From Gaiellales bacterium (GTDB taxonomy: Bacteria > Actinomycetota > Thermoleophilia > Gaiellales > JALYLC01), in contig DASXXY010000386.1 of assembly GCA_036502805.1 (NCBI GenBank), positions 1 to 36,172 on the forward strand: a DNA stretch of 36,172 nt, read 5' to 3'. The notes beneath the pieces are model-generated. The model did no database searches and had not been told where the DNA came from. It worked only from the letters and a program-made list of their open reading frames with translations. Every line of letters starts with the position of its first letter. Within the stretch, counting starts at the first letter, position 1. This document shows positions 31,244-36,172 of this stretch, piece by piece. Position numbers and translations under genes: made by a program.

Positions 31244-32028
31244 GCGAGCAGCAGCGACATCTCGTGGGCGGCGCGCAGCGCTGCGCGCCCGAGCGCGGGC
31301 AGGCGCGCGGGCGTCACGCGCACGCTCGGGCCCCAGATGTTGACGACCGCGGCCGGCCGCTGGTTGGCGTCGAAGACCGCGGCCGCGACGCCGTTCGAGT
31401 AGTCGTACTCGCCGAGGCAGGTGGCGTAGCCGTCGCGCCGCACGCGCTCGAGATCCTCGTCGAGCGCGGCGCGGTCGACCACCGTGTGCGGCGTGAAGCG
31501 CTCGAGCACGCCGGGCAGGACGGCGGCCAGCTCGTCCGCGGGCAGCCAGGCCAGGAAGACCTTGCCCGGCGACGTCGCGTGCAGCGCGATCTGGCGGCCG
31601 CTCCAGTCGGGCGTCGGCGGGCCGGGCGGATCGGCCTGGTCGACGTACACGAGCCCGAAGCGCTTCGCGATCGCGAGCGTCACGATCTCGCCCGTCGCCT
31701 CCGCGGTGCGCTCGAGCAGCGGCCGCAGCCGGCGCGCGATCGCGTCGTGATCCTCGGCCGAGGCGATCTGGAACGCCGCGTAGCCGACGACGTAGCGGCC
31801 GGTCGCGACCTCGCGCTCGACGAGGCCGTGCCCCTCGAGCGTCGCGAGCAGCCGCCACGCGGTGCTGCGGTTGACCTCGCAGCGCAGCGCCAGCTCCTGG
31901 GCGCTCGCGGGCTCCGGCGAGGAGGCCACCGCCTTCAGGAGCCGCAGGGCGCGATCGACCGACTGCACGCCGGTGGTGGCGCGATCGGCGGGCTGTGTGG
32001 GTGCGCTTTCCGAACTCACTGTTCGCAT
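31240..32028 (-). CDS. IclR family transcriptional regulator
   Basis: ORF 31240..32088: VQSVDRALRLLKAVASSPEPASAQELALRCEVNRSTAWRLLATLEGHGLV (wHTH) plus the IclR effector domain (GEIVTLAI..VYVDQ..LHATSPGKVFLAW..ERFTPHT). ATG 32028 is preferred over the ORF start at 32088. Confidence 0.88.
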   Translation of the reverse strand: MRTVSSESAPTQPADRATTGVQSVDRALRLLKAVASSPEPASAQELALRCEVNRSTAWRLLATLEGHGLVEREVATGRYVVGYAAFQIASAEDHDAIARRLRPLLERTAEATGEIVTLAIAKRFGLVYVDQADPPGPPTPDWSGRQIALHATSPGKVFLAWLPADELAAVLPGVLERFTPHTVVDRAALDEDLERVRRDGYATCLGEYDYSNGVAAAVFDANQRPAAVVNIWGPSVRVTPARLPALGRAALRAAHEMSLLLA

Positions 32029-32116
32029 CCTGAACGAAGGTCTCGGGATTCGGTACGGGGAGCGCACCACTCTACACCTGTGAATCACCCATGTGCGCGC
32101 GGATCTTCACCACTCC

Positions 32117-32145
32117 TTGACATCCCAGCGCCACGCTCCTAGCAT
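32117..32145 (+). promoter_or_regulatory. sigma-70/SigA-like promoter TTGACA-N17-TAGCAT for the ABC importer operon
   Basis: TTGACA at 32117-32122, a 17-nt spacer, and TAGCAT at 32140-32145. This lies about 85 nt upstream of ATG 32231. Confidence 0.5.
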
Positions 32146-32168
32146 CGGCGCCCCGATGCGCTCTCCGA

Positions 32169-32194
32169 GCGCGTTGTTCACGATACGAACGCGC
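32169..32194. promoter_or_regulatory. inverted repeat GCGCGTT-N12-AACGCGC between the promoter and SD of the binding-protein gene (candidate IclR operator or leader hairpin)
   Basis: GCGCGTT at 32169-32175 and AACGCGC at 32188-32194. The inner GTTC..GAAC extends the symmetry. Confidence 0.35.
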
Positions 32195-32230
32195 AGGTCA
32201 TCTGTCCGCAGTGACAGAAAGGAGCCAGGC

Positions 32231-33829
32231 ATGGCGCAGCACCCGTTGGAAGAGGCCCTCGAGGGCGGAGGCCGGGGGCTCTCCCGCCGCGAGCTCCTCG
32301 CAGCGACCGGAGGCGTCGTCCTCGCCGGCAGCCTCGCCGGCAGCGCAGGAACGGCGTTCGCGAAGAGCGCCGCCGCGCCCAAGAAGGGCGGCACGTTCCG
32401 GCTCGGCGTGACCGGCGGCGGCGCCAAGGACTTCATCGACGGCCAGTCGATCACGACGAAGCCCGACCAGGCGCGCCTCACCTCCGGCTGGGAGACGCTG
32501 CTCAGCTACGACCGCAACTACAAGCTCGGCACCGACGCGCTCGCCGCGGAGGCCACGCAGGACAGCGCGACGCAGTGGACGATCCGGCTCAAGAGCGGGA
32601 TCGAGTTCAACAACGGCAAGACGCTCTCGGCCGACGACGTCATCTACTCGCTGCGCCGCATCGCGAACCCGAAGAACAAGCTCTTCGGCAGCGCCGGGCT
32701 CGCCGCGGTCGACCTCAACGGCCTCAAGAAGATGGACAAGCTGACCGTCCGCATGAAGCTGAAGACGGCGGACTCGACGATCGGCGAGCAGCTCGGCCAG
32801 TACTACAACGGCATCGTGCCCGTCGGCTACTCGAGCACGAACAAGCTGAAGTGGGTCGGCACCGGCCCGTTCATCACGAAGAGCTTCTCGCCCGGCCGCC
32901 AGAGCGTGCACGACCGCAACCCGAACTACTGGCGCACCGGTCAGCCGTACTTCGACCACGTCCAGGTGATCGACTTCGCCGCGCCGGACGCGCAGGTCAA
33001 CGCGCTCTTCTCGGGCGCCATCGACGCGATGACGGACATCCCGTTCGCGCAGCTCGCGACCGCCAAGAGCCACAGCAACGTGAAGATCCTCGAGTCGCCC
33101 GGCGGCGGCTGGCTGCCGCTCTGCATGGCCGTCGACATGCCGCCGTTCGACAACGTCAACGTGCGCAAGGCGATGCGCCTGCTCGTCGACCGCCCGGCCA
33201 TGCTCGCCCAGGTGCTGTCCGGTCACGGGCGCGTCGCGAACGACCTCTACGCGCCGTTCGACGCCGACTTCGCGAAGGCGCTGCCGCAGCGCCATCAGGA
33301 CATCGACCAGGCCAAGGCGCTGCTCAAGGCCGCCGGCATGGAGAACCTCACGGTCGACCTGCACACGACCGACGGCGCGGCCGGCATGGTCGACTCGGCC
33401 AACATCTTCGCCGCCCAGGCGAAGGCCGCGGGCGTCACGATCAACGTCAAGAACGATCCGAACTACTACGGCGACCAGTACCTCAAGCTCGCGTTCTCCG
33501 TCGACTTCTGGGGCACGCGCAGCTACCTCCCGCAGGCGGCCCTCGGCAGCATCCAGGGCGCGGCCTACAACGAGACCCACTGGGGCCTCACGGGCACGCC
33601 GTACCTGAGCCTCTACAAGCAGGCGGTGGCCGCTCCGAACGCCGCCAAGCGCCACGAGCTCGTGCTCGAGATGCAGAAGCTCGAGTACAACCAGGGCGGC
33701 TACATCATCCCGTTCTTCAACAACCTGCTCGACGCCTACAGCTCCAAGGTCGTCGGCTTCCAGGCCGGCAAGGGAACGCTGAACCTCGACGCGTTCGGGC
33801 ATGGGTTCCGCACCATCTCCTTCGCCTAG
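32231..33829 (+). CDS. ABC transporter substrate-binding protein, family 5 (peptide/nickel/opine type) with a Tat signal
   Basis: Within ORF 32093..33829. ATG 32231 follows AAAGGAG (32218-24). N-terminus ..GGRGLSRRELLAATGGVVLAGSLAGSAGTAFA (twin-arginine). SBP5-like body (..YDRNYKL..WTIRLKSGIEFNNGKTLSADDVIYSL..). Confidence 0.92.
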   Translation: MAQHPLEEALEGGGRGLSRRELLAATGGVVLAGSLAGSAGTAFAKSAAAPKKGGTFRLGVTGGGAKDFIDGQSITTKPDQARLTSGWETLLSYDRNYKLGTDALAAEATQDSATQWTIRLKSGIEFNNGKTLSADDVIYSLRRIANPKNKLFGSAGLAAVDLNGLKKMDKLTVRMKLKTADSTIGEQLGQYYNGIVPVGYSSTNKLKWVGTGPFITKSFSPGRQSVHDRNPNYWRTGQPYFDHVQVIDFAAPDAQVNALFSGAIDAMTDIPFAQLATAKSHSNVKILESPGGGWLPLCMAVDMPPFDNVNVRKAMRLLVDRPAMLAQVLSGHGRVANDLYAPFDADFAKALPQRHQDIDQAKALLKAAGMENLTVDLHTTDGAAGMVDSANIFAAQAKAAGVTINVKNDPNYYGDQYLKLAFSVDFWGTRSYLPQAALGSIQGAAYNETHWGLTGTPYLSLYKQAVAAPNAAKRHELVLEMQKLEYNQGGYIIPFFNNLLDAYSSKVVGFQAGKGTLNLDAFGHGFRTISFA

Positions 33830-33844
33830 CGGGCTCACCGCCTC

Positions 33845-33874
33845 GGCCGGGACGCCCCCTGCGGCGTCCCGGCC
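33845..33874 (+). other. perfect 12-bp intercistronic stem-loop after the binding-protein gene
   Basis: GGCCGGGACGCC CCCTGC GGCGTCCCGGCC, 16 nt after the stop at 33829 and 44 nt before the permease start. Confidence 0.6.
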
Positions 33875-33917
33875 GGCGCGGACGCGCTCGCTGCGACTCG
33901 GCGGCATCTGGGGCTTC

Positions 33918-34856
33918 ATGCTGCGCCGCGTGCTGCTCGGCGTGCTCGTGCTCGCGATCGTGTCCGTCGTCGTCTTCGCCGCGACGCAGGCGCTCGGCGA
34001 TCCGGCCCGCGCGATCCTCGGGCGCCAGGCGACGCCCGAGAGCATCAAGGTGCTGCGCGCGCAGCTGCACCTCGACCGCTCCGTCTTCGCGCAGTACTGG
34101 TCGTGGCTCACGGGCCTCGTGCACGGCGACGCCGGCACGTCGTTCGCGGCCCAGGAGCCGGTCAGCTCGCTGATCGGCGAGCGGATCGTCAACTCCGCGT
34201 TCCTCGTCTTCCTCTCCGGCATCATCTCGATCCCGCTCGCGATCGCGATCGGCGCCTACGCGGCGCTCAAGCGCGACAAGCGCTTCGACAGCGCCACCTC
34301 GCTGATCACGCTGCTCTTCGCCGCGATGCCCGAGTACGTGATCGGGCTCTGGCTCGTCGTGATCTTCGCGACCACCGTCTTCCCGGGCGCGCTGCCGTCG
34401 ATCACGCTGATCGCACCCGGCCAGCGGCCGTGGCACGACATGACGGCGATGGTGCTGCCGACGCTCACGCTCGTGCTCGCCGTCACGCCGTACGTCGCGC
34501 GCATCGTGCGCGCGTCGATGATCGAGGTGCTGGAGTCCGACTACGTCGAGATGGCGCGCCTCAAGGGCCTCAGCGAGCGCACGGTGCTGATGCGCCACGC
34601 GCTCCCGAACGCCCTCGGGCCGACGTTCCAGGTGATCGCGATCAACCTCGCCTACCTCGCCGGCGGCGTCATCGTCGTGGAGTACATCTTCAACTACGCC
34701 GGCATCGGCGGCGCGCTGCGCGACGGCGTCACGAACCACGACATCCCCGTCGTGCAGGCGATCGCCATGCTGATCGCCGCGGTCTACGTCGTGCTCAACC
34801 TGCTCGCGGACATCGCGACGATCATCGTCACCCCCCGCCTGAGGACGCGGCTGTGA
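33918..34856 (+). CDS. ABC transporter permease (DppB/OppB-like)
   Basis: Within ORF 33801..34856. ATG 33918: MLRRVLLGVLVLAIVSVVVFAATQALGDPARAILG.. and the EAA-like loop SDYVEMARLKGLSERTVLMRHALPNAL. Confidence 0.92.
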   Translation: MLRRVLLGVLVLAIVSVVVFAATQALGDPARAILGRQATPESIKVLRAQLHLDRSVFAQYWSWLTGLVHGDAGTSFAAQEPVSSLIGERIVNSAFLVFLSGIISIPLAIAIGAYAALKRDKRFDSATSLITLLFAAMPEYVIGLWLVVIFATTVFPGALPSITLIAPGQRPWHDMTAMVLPTLTLVLAVTPYVARIVRASMIEVLESDYVEMARLKGLSERTVLMRHALPNALGPTFQVIAINLAYLAGGVIVVEYIFNYAGIGGALRDGVTNHDIPVVQAIAMLIAAVYVVLNLLADIATIIVTPRLRTRL

Positions 34857-35752
34857 GCGCCATCGCCGACACCGCGATCACGCTCGAGCTGACGGCGCCG
34901 GCGGCGCGGCGCCCGACGCTGCAGCTGCTGCGCAGCTCGCTCAGCCTCTGGCGCACGCGCATCGGCCTCGTGATCGTGCTCGCGCTCGTCGGCGTGGCCG
35001 TGCTCGGCCCGTACTTCGCGCCGCACTCCCCCACGGCGTTCGTCGGCCAGCCGAACACGCGGCCGTCCAACCTGCTGTTCGGCACCGACCACATCGGCCA
35101 GGACGTCTGGAGCCGCTTCCTCTGGGGCGGCGGGCAGCTGCTCGCCGTGTCCGCGATCGCCACCATCGTCGGCCTCGTGCTCGGCGTGCTGGTCGGCCTC
35201 GTCGCCGCCTACTCCCGCAACTTCCTCGACGACCTCCTGATGCGCACGATGGACATCATCCTGGCGTTCCCGCAGATCATGCTCGCGCTCGTCGCGATCA
35301 CGACGCTGGGCGCGAAGTCGTGGCTGATCGTGCTCGCCGTCGGCCTCACGACGATGCCGCGTGTCGCGCGTGTCGCGCGCGGCGCGGCGCAGCCCGTGGT
35401 GGAGCGGGACTTCGTGGCCGCCGCGGAGGCGCTCGGCGTCTCGCGGCCGCGCATCCTGCTGGGCGAGATCCTGCCCAACATCCTCTCGCCGCTGATGGTC
35501 GAGGCGAGCCTGCGCCTGACCTACGCCATCGGCCTGATCGCCGCGCTCGCGTTCCTCGGCTTCTCGACCGACCCGAACGGCGCCAACTGGGGCACGATGA
35601 TCCAGGAGAACCAGCTCGCGCTGGTCTCGCAGCCGTGGGGCGTCGTGCTCCCGATCGCCGCGATCGCGCTGCTCACGATCGGCACGAGCCTCGTCGGCGA
35701 CGGCGTCGCGCGCGCTGCGATCGGCATCGATCGCGGTCGGGCCGCCGAGTGA
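34853..35752 (+). CDS. ABC transporter permease (DppC/OppC-like)
   Basis: Within ORF 34103..35752. GTG 34853 overlaps the previous stop as GTGA. ..LFGTDHIGQDVWSRFLWGG.. and the EAA-like loop RDFVAAAEALGVSRPRILLGEILPNI. Confidence 0.92.
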   Translation: MSAIADTAITLELTAPAARRPTLQLLRSSLSLWRTRIGLVIVLALVGVAVLGPYFAPHSPTAFVGQPNTRPSNLLFGTDHIGQDVWSRFLWGGGQLLAVSAIATIVGLVLGVLVGLVAAYSRNFLDDLLMRTMDIILAFPQIMLALVAITTLGAKSWLIVLAVGLTTMPRVARVARGAAQPVVERDFVAAAEALGVSRPRILLGEILPNILSPLMVEASLRLTYAIGLIAALAFLGFSTDPNGANWGTMIQENQLALVSQPWGVVLPIAAIALLTIGTSLVGDGVARAAIGIDRGRAAE

Positions 35753-36172
35753 GCGCCGCCGAGCCCGCAGTCGCCGTCGACAACCTGCGCATCGTGCTGC
35801 GCGACACCGAGATCGACATCGTCGACGAGGTGACGTTCACGATCTCCCCCGGCGAGGTGCTCGGCCTCGTGGGCGAGTCCGGCTCGGGCAAGACGACCGT
35901 CGGCCTCGCGCTGCTCGGCCACACGCGGCGCGGCGCGCAGATCGCGGGCGGCAGCATCCGCGTCGGCGACGTCGACGTGCTGTCGCTCTCGAGCGCCGGC
36001 AAGCGCGGCATCCGCGGGCGCGTCGTCTCCTACGTGCCGCAGGATCCCGCCGCGTCGCTGAACCCCGCCCTGCGCATCGGCCAGCAGCTGCGCGAGACGC
36101 TCGACGTGCATGGCTTCGGCTCGGGCGCCGAGGAGCGCGAGGCGCGCATCGCCGAGGTCATGCGCGAGGTCG
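35749..36172 (+). CDS. ABC transporter ATP-binding protein (DppD/OppD-like), 5' part only
   Basis: Own translation from GTG 35749 (GTGA overlap): VSAAEPAVAVDNLRIVLRDTEIDIVDEVTFTISPGEVLGLVGESGSGKTTVGLALLG (Walker A)..VSYVPQDPAASLNP. The reading frame is open to the window edge, so it is not in the ORF track. Confidence 0.9.
   Translation, partial: MSAAEPAVAVDNLRIVLRDTEIDIVDEVTFTISPGEVLGLVGESGSGKTTVGLALLGHTRRGAQIAGGSIRVGDVDVLSLSSAGKRGIRGRVVSYVPQDPAASLNPALRIGQQLRETLDVHGFGSGAEEREARIAEVMREV

Overview
Very GC-rich, gene-dense chromosomal segment. Codon third positions are almost all G/C, and GTG starts and 4-nt start/stop overlaps are frequent. It reads like a high-GC Actinomycetota genome; a Thermoleophilia/Rubrobacteria-like origin is only a guess. 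I call about 33 protein genes, one tRNA(CAU) and a set of non-coding elements.

Gene order, left to right:
- ruvB-ruvA-ruvC and yebC-pdxT-pdxS on the minus strand, separated by two plus-strand ORFs.
- A single-polypeptide ECF sigma / ZAS anti-sigma / TM protein carrying a His-Asn-Gly repeat.
- A GMC oxidoreductase, then the tRNA.
- A MerR - M20 peptidase - copper amine oxidase operon.
- A (GH-like::LemA) - HtpX - LigC operon.
- Two large secreted repeat proteins: a 7-bladed propeller and a DUF11-type protein.
- A TetR - Rieske oxygenase - unknown 131-aa operon.
- tdk, then a methyltransferase and a quinone oxidoreductase.
- A DAO-type FAD oxidoreductase and an MFS transporter.
- IclR - carnitine-dehydrogenase::thioesterase.
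- A Dpp/Opp-type ABC importer, which runs off the right edge.

I saw no CRISPR array, transposase, integrase or recognisable phage-defence gene, and I cannot point to one clear-cut new system.

The most unusual things I can support from the sequence:
1. The amine-oxidase stop codon lies inside the acceptor stem of the downstream tRNA.
2. A family of long GC-rich palindromic repeats sits in convergent intergenic regions, with two inverted copies flanking about 170 bp after tdk.
3. The sigma/anti-sigma fusion carries a tandem (NGH/HANG) repeat.
4. A secreted glycosidase-like domain is joined in frame to LemA, and this ORF is translationally chained to HtpX and an ATP-dependent DNA ligase.
5. The start codons of two secreted-protein genes are buried in 11-12 bp hairpins.
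6. A CntA/GbcA-like Rieske oxygenase has no reductase gene nearby but is coupled to an unknown protein that shares its C-terminal GIDDV.

All family assignments come from reading motifs by eye; no searches were run.
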